Shown here: positions 29,128 to 37,755 of the stretch, one piece after another
Position numbering within the stretch: the first letter of the stretch is position 1
How the letters are laid out: the number at the start of each line of letters is the position of its first letter
DNA from: Escherichia coli
GTDB lineage: Bacteria; Pseudomonadota; Gammaproteobacteria; Enterobacterales; Enterobacteriaceae
DNA: 64,000 nt
Assembly (NCBI RefSeq): GCF_050320075.1
Contig: NZ_CP190018.1
Reading direction: 5' to 3' (one strand)
Translations under genes and position numbers: made by a program
Notes under the pieces: generated by a model
Told to the model about the DNA's origin: nothing
The model's input: the letters and a program-made list of their open reading frames with translations, nothing else
The model's database searches: none

Positions 29128-29249
29128 AAAACTTTTAAGATAAAAGATAGATATCCCAGAAAGGATATCCGTTTAGAAAACCTATTAAGTATCTCTTAAA
29201 AGAGAGTAAACCTTGTCAAGAGTGATTGCAATAAAAATTTTTATTTCTT

Positions 29250-29912
29250 ATGTCAATTGAGTGTATTTTAATCGGGAAACATCATGGGGGTTCTGATTAC
29301 TGGAGAACTCCATTTTTGTTATTTAAGAACTTACACCGTGAATTTATTTTCAGTCTGGATGGTGCTGCAACTAAGCACGATACGTTATTACCCCGCTTTA
29401 CGGATGATATTCACAATCAGTCATGGGATGGTGAACGGGTATTCTGTAACCCACCATACAGCGACACTAAAACATTCCTCGTAAAAGCGTCTGAGGCAGA
29501 TTTATCGGTATTCCTGATACCGTACCGACCCCAAACCATATACTGGCTTAAGCACATCTTCACAAACCCGCTTTGCCATGAAATCCGTATTCTTCATCGT
29601 GCAGTTAAATACCTTCCACCAGCAGGGCATAACAGGCTTACTATTAGGTCGCCGTTTCCAAGTGCAGTCGTTGTTTTTAAAAAAGAACCACGCAGGCATG
29701 AAATTACGCAGATGGTTTGCTGTGCTGATACATTGCTACCGTTAACCATCATTAACAGAGGAGGCTTGAGAGGAAGGCCCACCATTTACCCACCTGAGAC
29801 GCTCGACAGCTTCATAAAACTATACAGGCAAGGCAAACCCATTAAGTGCATTGCAGATGCTCTCAGAATGCCTCTGAGCACGTCATACAGGATTGCTCAA
29901 AGGTTGAGCTAG
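29250..29912 (+). CDS. Phage-type DNA N6-adenine methyltransferase (Dam family) with C-terminal HTH-like tail
   Basis: SDYWRTPF...FSLDGAA...FCNPPY motifs typical of phage Dam MTases; C-terminal GRP...IADALRMPLSTSYRIAQRL resembles an HTH. Confidence 0.75.
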   Translation: MSIECILIGKHHGGSDYWRTPFLLFKNLHREFIFSLDGAATKHDTLLPRFTDDIHNQSWDGERVFCNPPYSDTKTFLVKASEADLSVFLIPYRPQTIYWLKHIFTNPLCHEIRILHRAVKYLPPAGHNRLTIRSPFPSAVVVFKKEPRRHEITQMVCCADTLLPLTIINRGGLRGRPTIYPPETLDSFIKLYRQGKPIKCIADALRMPLSTSYRIAQRLS

Positions 29913-30052
29913 AATTCTCATAAATATGGTCATTTACAAGACAGGTGATTTAGATATTAAGAGGTATCCCTGTGAACAATAAATGACCAATCAGTAATTA
30001 TCCTGTGAAATAATTGTTGCAATTTATAATCACACATGGTATAGTTTCATAG

Positions 30053-30197
30053 TGGACTGATAAAAAAGTTCATGTCTTGAAGTGGTAACACTTGGGGAGG
30101 TGTCAGATGATTGACGTATATTAACCTCTCATTCATGGTAATACCTCAGCGTTTTAATCATCGTACTGTTTCAGGCATGGACTTCTTTATCAGTCCA
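30053..30197. promoter_or_regulatory. 145-bp segment bracketed by a perfect 12-bp inverted repeat (TGGACTGATAAA / TTTATCAGTCCA) upstream of the initiator gene
   Basis: Read directly at 30053-30064 and 30186-30197. Confidence 0.4.
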
Positions 30198-30276
30198 TCA
30201 ATCCCCCAGATATTTTAATCACACAGGCTAATCGGTTTTATCCGGTTGGCCTTTTCACGTATGAGGTAATTTATGA

Positions 30277-31245
30277 ATGAAAAAAGAAACTAATGCTTTT
30301 ATTATGGTAGATAAACGAGTTGCACAATTCCCTAAAACATTAAAGCCAATTGACCGCTTGGTATATTTCACTATGCTGGATGGTGCTGATTATTACGAAT
30401 CTAAGTTCGGGAGATACGCACCAAGTATTGACTATTTGATGGTTATGTCTGGTGCTACACGTAATACAGTTATTGATTCACTTAAGAGACTTGAGTCACA
30501 CAGACTTATCGAAAAGACCAATGTAAAGGGTCAGCAAAGTATTTTTAAAGTATTCACGTTGGATGAGCGTCCAGAGGTCTTATCAGAACCTACCCTTGAT
30601 GAGCGTCGTAGAGCTAAATTATCAGGTCAACCAGAATCTGACAGTAACCCAACCAAAAATTGGTTACCTACCCAACCAGAATTTGGTTACCTACCTAACC
30701 AGAATTTGGTTACATGTAATACTGAATATAAAGACAAAAATATAAATACTGAAGAAGAAAGACTAAAAGGGAACTTTGAAGAAGAATCTCTTAAGAAGGG
30801 AGCTTCGCTCTGTGATTCACATGAATGTGATATTAAAGAAGATGACTTTCTTTCTTTGGATGAATTAAATGATTTTCTCTCTATGAATGAATCTGGCCTT
30901 GATAGTGAAGCTACTAAAGAGGCTGTTAAAAAGGAAGATAAAATCTCTGATGTGAATATCGATAGTGACCATAAAAACACACAGTGCCCCGCCACTGATG
31001 ATGAGATGGACCCCTTCGATGATTACCTTGATGAAGAGTCAGAGCGTGAAAAAGCCATTAAGAGGGTAGAGAAGAAAAAGAGATTCGAGCTTGCAAGACA
31101 AAAGAACAAAGTATCGGGTTTAGACCCATTCGATGACAGTGACGATGATGACTTTTCTTTCACACCAAGAAAGAAACAAACTCAGGATGACAAGAAGCAA
31201 AAAATTAAACCGAAGATGTATTTTGCTGGTGGAGGTATGCGCTAA
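30277..31245 (+). CDS. Putative replication initiator / replisome organiser (N-terminal winged-helix-like domain, acidic C-terminal tail)
   Basis: N-terminus resembles phage initiator DNA-binding domains; tandem iterons inside the ORF; highly acidic low-complexity C-terminal half. Confidence 0.55.
   Translation: MKKETNAFIMVDKRVAQFPKTLKPIDRLVYFTMLDGADYYESKFGRYAPSIDYLMVMSGATRNTVIDSLKRLESHRLIEKTNVKGQQSIFKVFTLDERPEVLSEPTLDERRRAKLSGQPESDSNPTKNWLPTQPEFGYLPNQNLVTCNTEYKDKNINTEEERLKGNFEEESLKKGASLCDSHECDIKEDDFLSLDELNDFLSMNESGLDSEATKEAVKKEDKISDVNIDSDHKNTQCPATDDEMDPFDDYLDEESEREKAIKRVEKKKRFELARQKNKVSGLDPFDDSDDDDFSFTPRKKQTQDDKKQKIKPKMYFAGGGMR
30641..30714. repeat. Tandem 23-bp direct repeats (iterons) inside the initiator ORF: TTGGTTACCTACC(C/T)AACCAGAAT
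   Basis: Two full units at 30660-30682 and 30683-30705 (1 mismatch) plus flanking partial units. Confidence 0.8.
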
Positions 31246-31541
31246 TGAAAGAATATCACGGTGAAAAGAGATACAAAGATTACCTGTTAAAGCGTTATAG
31301 CATTTCTCGTGAAGGCCACTTAATGAAGGATACTCACGGGGAAGTTTACCGGATTAGACCGAAGAAAGAAGGGAGGGATTATTTCTTTTACGATGGTGTG
31401 ACAGATTTAAAGATTGATGCTTTGAAGTTTGCGGCGCTGTATCATTATGATATCTGGGACTCAGTCCACCAGCTACGATTAAAAGACGGTGACCCCGGTA
31501 ATCTGAGGGCCACCAATATTATCAAGGGAAAGTGCCGGTAA
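31245..31541 (+). CDS. Small HNH_3/NUMOD4-like protein (98 aa), catalytic His not evident
   Basis: YSISREGHLMKDTHGEVYRIRPKKEGRDYFFYDG...LKDGDPGNLRATN resembles NUMOD4/HNH_3 layout; overlaps initiator stop. Confidence 0.45.
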   Translation: MKEYHGEKRYKDYLLKRYSISREGHLMKDTHGEVYRIRPKKEGRDYFFYDGVTDLKIDALKFAALYHYDIWDSVHQLRLKDGDPGNLRATNIIKGKCR

Positions 31542-31864
31542 GTCCACCAGCTATTTATTTATTGAAATCTCTATCTCAACACGAAGAAGTTTAAGTCGAA
31601 TTGTAAGCTTTGTCTTTTTTGTAATGACTCGATTCATAACGCAAAACACCAATAGCACAATAAATACCGCAAAGCCCAACGAGCTAAAACGATGAGATTC
31701 AATAATTGCTGTGAAAAAATCATGCATTAATTTTCCTTTTGCGAAAGGAAACAGCACCTGTATCAGCCCCTATAACCATAATATCATGTAAATGAGATGT
31801 TGACAATATGTTAAATAAATGTTATGATTGTAGTATGAGTAAGAGATTTAAGGAGATTTTTACA

Positions 31865-32155
31865 ATGACTCACACAGTTACGCGCCTTTTGCCAGAGGCA
31901 TTTGAACGACTGGCAGCAATCAAAGCCAAATATCCCGATATGAAGCACACAGCGCTTGTTGGAGAGCTTTTAAAAGAGTCGGTAACCCTGACCCCTTTCG
32001 ATAACGTTAAGGGCGTTGCAGAGGGTTCTAAGGCCATCAGAATCACAACGGACCAACTGGAACTACTCAAAGCACAGTCCGCAGTAGCAGGTTGCTCAAT
32101 GATTCAGGTGTTAAGCGCAAAGGTCCATCAATTAGCGGATAGGCTGGGGGTTTAA
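31865..32155 (+). CDS. Hypothetical small protein (96 aa)
   Basis: AAGGAG RBS 8 nt upstream of ATG at 31865; ORF-track start at 31808 is probably an extension; stop overlaps next gene (TAATG). Confidence 0.5.
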   Translation: MTHTVTRLLPEAFERLAAIKAKYPDMKHTALVGELLKESVTLTPFDNVKGVAEGSKAIRITTDQLELLKAQSAVAGCSMIQVLSAKVHQLADRLGV

Positions 32156-32580
32156 TGCTATGCACATTTGATTATCATGCGTTTTATCGCCATAGAGGCC
32201 ACCTTGTCCGTGAGAATAGCGGAACATGGAAAGATTTAACTCGTAATGCTGAACCCTTCACACACCAGCAATTAAAATCCCGCTTCTCCAGATGGAAGAA
32301 TGCACCAGCAGATACTGGTGATTTTGAGATTATCCATACCTTCGATTATGCCTCAGAAGATGACCTTCACGATGCAATTAAGCTGATTGAAGACTTCAAT
32401 ACCTCAGAAGATGTGGATGGTGACAAATATAAATCCCGTGGTAACCGCTATAACCGTGATGATATCACTCAGGCCATAAATGCTGGTCAATCTCAGCGAT
32501 ACATTACAGAAAAATATGGTATTTCACGGAGACAGTATTTCTACGTTAAATCATTGATTAATAAAGACAATTCAAAATAA
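32155..32580 (+). CDS. Hypothetical protein (141 aa) with C-terminal HTH-like segment
   Basis: Translationally coupled to upstream gene; C-terminus ...QSQRYITEKYGISRRQYFYVK resembles a Hin/resolvase-type HTH. Confidence 0.5.
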   Translation: MLCTFDYHAFYRHRGHLVRENSGTWKDLTRNAEPFTHQQLKSRFSRWKNAPADTGDFEIIHTFDYASEDDLHDAIKLIEDFNTSEDVDGDKYKSRGNRYNRDDITQAINAGQSQRYITEKYGISRRQYFYVKSLINKDNSK

Positions 32581-32741
32581 CCATCTCAGTAACGGTAGAA
32601 TGCACTTTACAGGCAGAGTTGCACCTTAATTTGATAAATTACCTTACCAGCCAGTGCAACTCCCTCTGTAACCCGCATGATTACTGGTCTCAGAATGGCT
32701 ATTTTAAGAGGTCTGAGATGTGTTTTGTAGGAGATTTAAAA

Positions 32742-33065
32742 ATGAACAACTTCCCATTACAGATTTTCGTTGATAACGACACCGCTATGATGGTGCAAAG
32801 CTTCAGTGATGCAGGTATTAGCATTGATTTTGACAGGCTGTTAAAGCTAATGGCTGATAATGAAGAAAACGTCTCTGACTTTATTCACTCGGTGGAGTTT
32901 AACGAGCCTCGAATGATGTTACCAATTACAGACAGTAATATGAAAAGATTGGTTATTGAGCAAACGAACAAATACAGTATTTCCCCAGAGCAATTTTTGA
33001 AAGGTGCTGTGACAATCCTGTACAGCGATAATATTTTGGTTACGGATTCCGTGAGGGTTCACTAA
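32742..33065 (+). CDS. Hypothetical small protein (107 aa)
   Basis: GGAG-type RBS before ATG at 32742; ORF-track start at 32619 is probably an extension. Confidence 0.45.
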   Translation: MNNFPLQIFVDNDTAMMVQSFSDAGISIDFDRLLKLMADNEENVSDFIHSVEFNEPRMMLPITDSNMKRLVIEQTNKYSISPEQFLKGAVTILYSDNILVTDSVRVH

Positions 33066-33359
33066 TGGGCTTAATAATTGCTTGGACGTTGCTTGGCTTA
33101 TTTGTTGGTTGCTGGGTAGGCAGCACAGTAAATAGAAATTGATGTTACCAATCTGTTAAAAAGCTGTTGACAAATAACCTTAAGCATGAGATGATGGTAA
33201 TAGGGGAGAGCAACTCTCTCTTATTTTTCTTTCAAAATAATCCGATGGATGGATATTCTGAATTGGAAAGGTGCAATGCTTTTCGTCATGGCCTTTCAGT
33301 TTAGTCTGAGAGGCTATCTCAAAAAGTGCTTAATCATTCATTGAACCCTTTACAGCTTT

Positions 33360-33387
33360 GCCCTAACTCATGATTAGGGCTTTCTTT
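33360..33387 (+). terminator. Rho-independent terminator-like hairpin
   Basis: Stem GCCCTAA/TTAGGGC with 7-nt loop followed by TTTCTTT. Confidence 0.55.
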
Positions 33388-33456
33388 AAGAGTTTTTAAA
33401 CAGAGCTTTTAAAGAAAGTTTTTCCTGAAACTTCGTTAACGTTAAAGCAAACCTTC

Positions 33457-33520
33457 AAAGCCCTTCACAGATGAGGATGATTCCATGAATATCCGAATCA
33501 CCTATGTTTAGGGCTTTTTT
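33457..33520 (+). ncRNA. Long-loop hairpin with U-tract (candidate small RNA 3' end or attenuator)
   Basis: Outer stem AAAGCCCT/AGGGCTTT enclosing inner GGAT/ATCC stem, followed by T6. Confidence 0.3.
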
Positions 33521-33636
33521 CAGCTTTTAAAAAGCATACTTGGCAAACGCCTTTTAAGCCTCTTCTAAGTTCGAGGATGTCAGGTGTGCTTTTTAAAAAC
33601 TGAAACATAAATTATCTTAGAAGAGGAAAGGTATTA

Positions 33637-34341
33637 ATGGCTATCCGTGATGAAAATGAAATGATTATTGAAAACAAACCAAGTGCACTTGATATTCACG
33701 AATTAAGTTTGCGTGAATCTTTTGATAGAGCTTGGCGGGAATCACACGAAGTAAATAAAGGTCCATATATTCCACCAGAACCACTCGAGATTCCAAGAGT
33801 TGAAATTGATTTTTCTATGAACGAACGGTGTGAACTTGATTTGAAGTTGAAGCTACAACGCCGATATTTCCAAGCTATTAAAGACTCTCAAGAAGCAATG
33901 AGAAGTGTTTATGAGAAAATTCAGTCCAAGCTTGAAGACGAAATTGACGAAATGGCTATTTTGATGGAGCTTCAAACCAATCCTTATGCTTATTTCTCTC
34001 GACTAGACCGTGACGGTTGGGGGTATGACCCTGTAGAGATTGGTAAAGTGATTGCAGATTTACCAGAAGGTCAAAGGGTTATTCGTACGGAAAGGGCCAT
34101 CAGAGCGCCACATCAACTGTCTCTAATTGTTGCTGATAAATCACAAGCTGAGCTTGAAGAAATTGCCAAAGAGAAACTGATGAAAGCAAGAGAAAATGAG
34201 ATTAATTTGCTGAAATCAAGACTGGCTAAGCTGATTAGTGACCATCAAGCGCTGGCTAAGGAGTACCGTCAAGAGTTGGCACAGATTATCAGCTTCAATG
34301 ATTTTCTGAGTGTTCCACGAGAATTTAGCAAGGCTGTTTGA
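33637..34341 (+). CDS. Hypothetical protein (234 aa), charged coiled-coil-rich
   Basis: ORF with ATG and GAGG-type RBS; no family recognised. Confidence 0.55.
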   Translation: MAIRDENEMIIENKPSALDIHELSLRESFDRAWRESHEVNKGPYIPPEPLEIPRVEIDFSMNERCELDLKLKLQRRYFQAIKDSQEAMRSVYEKIQSKLEDEIDEMAILMELQTNPYAYFSRLDRDGWGYDPVEIGKVIADLPEGQRVIRTERAIRAPHQLSLIVADKSQAELEEIAKEKLMKARENEINLLKSRLAKLISDHQALAKEYRQELAQIISFNDFLSVPREFSKAV

Positions 34342-34364
34342 TTATGAATTAAAAGAGGTGATTA

Positions 34365-34583
34365 ATGTATGAAGACCGTTTGGAAACTATCAAGGCAGTT
34401 TGTGAAAAACTTAAAAACCAACCACGTAAACCAAAAACGGTAAAGAGTAAGCATCAGCCTGTCACCTCAAACAGCAAAATAAAGATTCGCAAAATTCCTT
34501 CGTGGTGCATTGACCGTATTCCGGTTGGTTCAAGAATTATTCGTGAAGATGGTGATTATCATTGGGTATCAGTTGTTGGTTAG
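34365..34583 (+). CDS. Hypothetical small basic protein (72 aa)
   Basis: RBS GAGGTG before ATG; gene-dense context. Confidence 0.45.
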   Translation: MYEDRLETIKAVCEKLKNQPRKPKTVKSKHQPVTSNSKIKIRKIPSWCIDRIPVGSRIIREDGDYHWVSVVG

Positions 34584-34671
34584 TTAGTAAAAATCTACGG
34601 GAGAGATTATCGAGTGATATCGGTAGCTCTCCCTTTTTCGTATATGAACACTTAAGAGGTGAAAAATATGA

Positions 34672-36804
34672 ATGAGCAAATTCACAGTTGATAGTTTTAT
34701 CGTTGAATTAAGCTTCAATGAAAACATTATTAAGGGCTTGCAAAGAGTTGAAAAGGCAGCTTTGCAGTCAGCACAAAGAATTGAAAAGAACCTAAATAAA
34801 GGTTTCAGGATTAATACAAAGCAGCTTGATAGTAATTTAACGGCTTCTTTAGGGCAGCTTGAAAGGAAGTTTAATAAGGCCTTTGACAAGATTGAACAGA
34901 GAGCAAGAAATACTAAAGCTTTCCAGTTTACCACCAGATTTAATGACACTGTTAATCCTCCAAAACAACCGAGACAGCCACGAATTAGCGGCAACAGAGC
35001 AATCACAGCAGCTTACTCAGCGAATATGAGCAAGCTAAAAGGCTTTGACCCTATTTTGCAGAAATACATCAAATCTCAGTTTTACGGGCTATCTGCTAAA
35101 GCCGGTTCAATGGATTCTTCAAAATTCAATGAGAAGTTAGCTCAGTTAAACGCTTCAGTCAGAGAAGCAATTGCTAAAGCCAGAGGTCATACATCCACCA
35201 GCATTAATGGTGACAGAGCAGCTAATAGTCTTGATAACCTGTCTTCAGCAGCAGTTAAAACAGCAGGTGCATTTATCTCAATGCAGGCTGTATTAGCCAG
35301 TTATCAGAAGATTATGGAAATTGGTTTACAGCGTGCAAGTGCTGAACGTTCAATTGATTTCGTATTTGATAAAGATGCAGGTCAAGTAAAAGAGTTCACA
35401 AAGTCATTAGCTCAAACAACGGGTTTAGATATCGCTGAACTGCAATCACAGTTTGCTGGTTTTGGTGCTTCAGCTAAAGAGTCTATGGGCATTCAAGGTT
35501 CTGAAGAACTTTTTAAAAATATGATTGGCTATGCTCGTCTGATGGGGAGAAGTGAAGAAGAGATTAAGCGAGCACTGACAGCATTATCACAGATGGCTGG
35601 TAAGGGTCAGGTTATGGCTGAAGAGCTTAAGGGGCAATTAGCTGAAGCTGTTCCTGGTATGGTTCAGGTATTCGCTAAAGCAACCGGAAGGAATGAACAA
35701 GAGCTATTTGATGCCATGAAGAAGGGGGCTTTAAAATCTGCCGATACTCTTCAGAAGGTCACTCAGGAACTGAATAAACAAATCACCGCTAAAGGTGGCT
35801 GGAAAGCTATTTCAGAAAGTACACAGGCACAACTAGGGAACCTGAAAAACTCTTGGAATACCACGCTTGATAGTATCTTCAGAGGTTCTGAAGATGGTCT
35901 GCAAGATTTTACAAGAAGCTTAACAACGCTTTTAAACGCTCTTGGTGGAAGTGGTAAAAGTCTTGGTGAATCTCTTGGTAGTCTCATGACTTCTATGTCA
36001 CATGGTGTCGATTCATTGACTGATATCAGCTACAGGGTAAGAGCATTCTTCGATGAGGTGACATTAGCTTACCGTTCACTAAATGACACTCAGAAAAAAA
36101 TTGTTGATGGTTTATCTGATGGGTTAATTGATGGTTTGAAGATGCTTGCCGTAGCTGTTACTGCTCAAAAGGCTGCAAATGTAGCTGGAGGCTTGTTAAA
36201 CCTTGCAAATGCTGTTACTTCATTCGGTGATGCTGTTAATAAAGCTAAAGCTGGCAAGGCTGGTTCTTCAGGTGGTGCGCTAAATAAAGTTGGTAGAGTT
36301 GTTCTTTATGCTGAGTTGGTGAACTTTGCTCTTGATAATTTAAACCCTGAAGCGGCTAAGAATCCGAACTTACACCAATCAGGTATTGGAACAGAGACAA
36401 ACTTCAACCCTGAATACAAAGGCGATTCATCTAAACCAAACCAAATTAATGATGGATGGGCTAAGATTGGTAGTTCTATCGCTGACTGGTTTAATGGTGC
36501 GGCTAATAAAATTGCTAACTTCCAAGACCCGATGAATAACTTTGTTAATAACACACAATCAACTCCACCAGCTATCACAGGTGACATGGTTAATAGCAAT
36601 GCTCAACTTGCTATGGCTGTATCAGAGTTAGGAAGAAAGGTAGACGCTTTAACAGTAGAAGCTAAGAAGCCTTTATCAGTTAATATCAAAGGTGAAGCAA
36701 TTGTTAGACCGGATGAACCAGCTTTCTTTACTTTCAATCAATCAGCTAATGACCAGTTCACGCAGGATATGCTCTTAAGTTCAAGCTATCCAGAGGAAGA
36801 ATGA
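34672..36804 (+). CDS. Tape-measure-domain-like protein (710 aa)
   Basis: Central segment ...MAEELKGQLAEAVPGMVQVFAKATGRNEQELFDAMKKGALKSADTLQKV... resembles the conserved phage tape-measure domain; Ala/Gly/Ser-rich low-complexity C-terminal part. Confidence 0.55.
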   Translation: MSKFTVDSFIVELSFNENIIKGLQRVEKAALQSAQRIEKNLNKGFRINTKQLDSNLTASLGQLERKFNKAFDKIEQRARNTKAFQFTTRFNDTVNPPKQPRQPRISGNRAITAAYSANMSKLKGFDPILQKYIKSQFYGLSAKAGSMDSSKFNEKLAQLNASVREAIAKARGHTSTSINGDRAANSLDNLSSAAVKTAGAFISMQAVLASYQKIMEIGLQRASAERSIDFVFDKDAGQVKEFTKSLAQTTGLDIAELQSQFAGFGASAKESMGIQGSEELFKNMIGYARLMGRSEEEIKRALTALSQMAGKGQVMAEELKGQLAEAVPGMVQVFAKATGRNEQELFDAMKKGALKSADTLQKVTQELNKQITAKGGWKAISESTQAQLGNLKNSWNTTLDSIFRGSEDGLQDFTRSLTTLLNALGGSGKSLGESLGSLMTSMSHGVDSLTDISYRVRAFFDEVTLAYRSLNDTQKKIVDGLSDGLIDGLKMLAVAVTAQKAANVAGGLLNLANAVTSFGDAVNKAKAGKAGSSGGALNKVGRVVLYAELVNFALDNLNPEAAKNPNLHQSGIGTETNFNPEYKGDSSKPNQINDGWAKIGSSIADWFNGAANKIANFQDPMNNFVNNTQSTPPAITGDMVNSNAQLAMAVSELGRKVDALTVEAKKPLSVNIKGEAIVRPDEPAFFTFNQSANDQFTQDMLLSSSYPEEE

Positions 36805-36967
36805 TTTCTTATATATCCGTGTGCTACGTGATTTCTTCTGAACAGATATACCCACTAAAAATTATTTTTTACGTAGCTCACGCTTAACAGAGAAAATACT
36901 TATATATCAAAGGCTTGGTTAAAAATGATTAAAATACACTAAGCCTTTGAAATCAAAGGAGAATTTA

Positions 36968-37741
36968 ATGATTTACTCTAATCAGATTCGTTACAGTGGT
37001 AAAGATGGCGTTTACTTTCATCTACAAGGCCAGCCAGATAATTTCTTGTCACTATCAGCTACTGAGAACATGGAATTTGACAGCCCTATGATGGTTACCA
37101 CTCAAAATATGCAATCAGGGCAGACTGTCACAGATAATGTAATGCGTTCACCCAGAACTATTTCAATCAGTGGTGTGGTTGTAGTTGGTGAATCCGGTAG
37201 TATCCTTATCTCAAGAGATAATAAGCTGGTGGAAAACTTCATAGACACTCTTGAAAACTGGCGTGACCAGAAGCAAATTATCTCAGTTGTCTGTAAAGAT
37301 GGTATTAAGATTGACGACTCAATTATTACAAACTTTAAAGCCTCTAAAGATGTTGGTATTGCCAATGGTCTTAGAATCCAATTAACTTTTCAGGAAATTA
37401 ACTTTAAAGCTATTGTGGGTCAGACTGATATCTCGGCTGCGACCGGAAGGACTTCTACCACAAGTGATGGTGGTGCTACCAGTAAAAAGAATACAGGGAA
37501 CACTACGACAAGCTTAGGTAACGGTATGTTGATGTGTCAGGAGCTATATAATCGCTCTACGAGTGAACTTACTAATGAGCAACTTCAAGCCCGTATCAAT
37601 TGTGGTAAAAATGTCAGAGTTAAGAACGGAAAAAGCACCTTCTCAGATGCCGCTAATGAGCAAGCTTCAAAGGTGCTTAATAATGCTGGTACAGGTAGTA
37701 CTTTGAAGAAGTATTCTGTTAATCCTAACAAGCGATACTGA
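36968..37741 (+). CDS. Hypothetical protein (257 aa), possible virion/tail-associated
   Basis: AAGGAG RBS before ATG at 36968 (ORF-track start 36947 is TTG); directly follows the tape-measure-like gene. Confidence 0.45.
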   Translation: MIYSNQIRYSGKDGVYFHLQGQPDNFLSLSATENMEFDSPMMVTTQNMQSGQTVTDNVMRSPRTISISGVVVVGESGSILISRDNKLVENFIDTLENWRDQKQIISVVCKDGIKIDDSIITNFKASKDVGIANGLRIQLTFQEINFKAIVGQTDISAATGRTSTTSDGGATSKKNTGNTTTSLGNGMLMCQELYNRSTSELTNEQLQARINCGKNVRVKNGKSTFSDAANEQASKVLNNAGTGSTLKKYSVNPNKRY

Positions 37742-37755
37742 CGATAGAATCTCAA

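Noticed and set aside
30641-30714. Tandem repeats considered as a possible CRISPR array
   Set aside because: Only about 3 units, no unique spacers between them, located inside an ORF, no cas genes; iterons explain them better.
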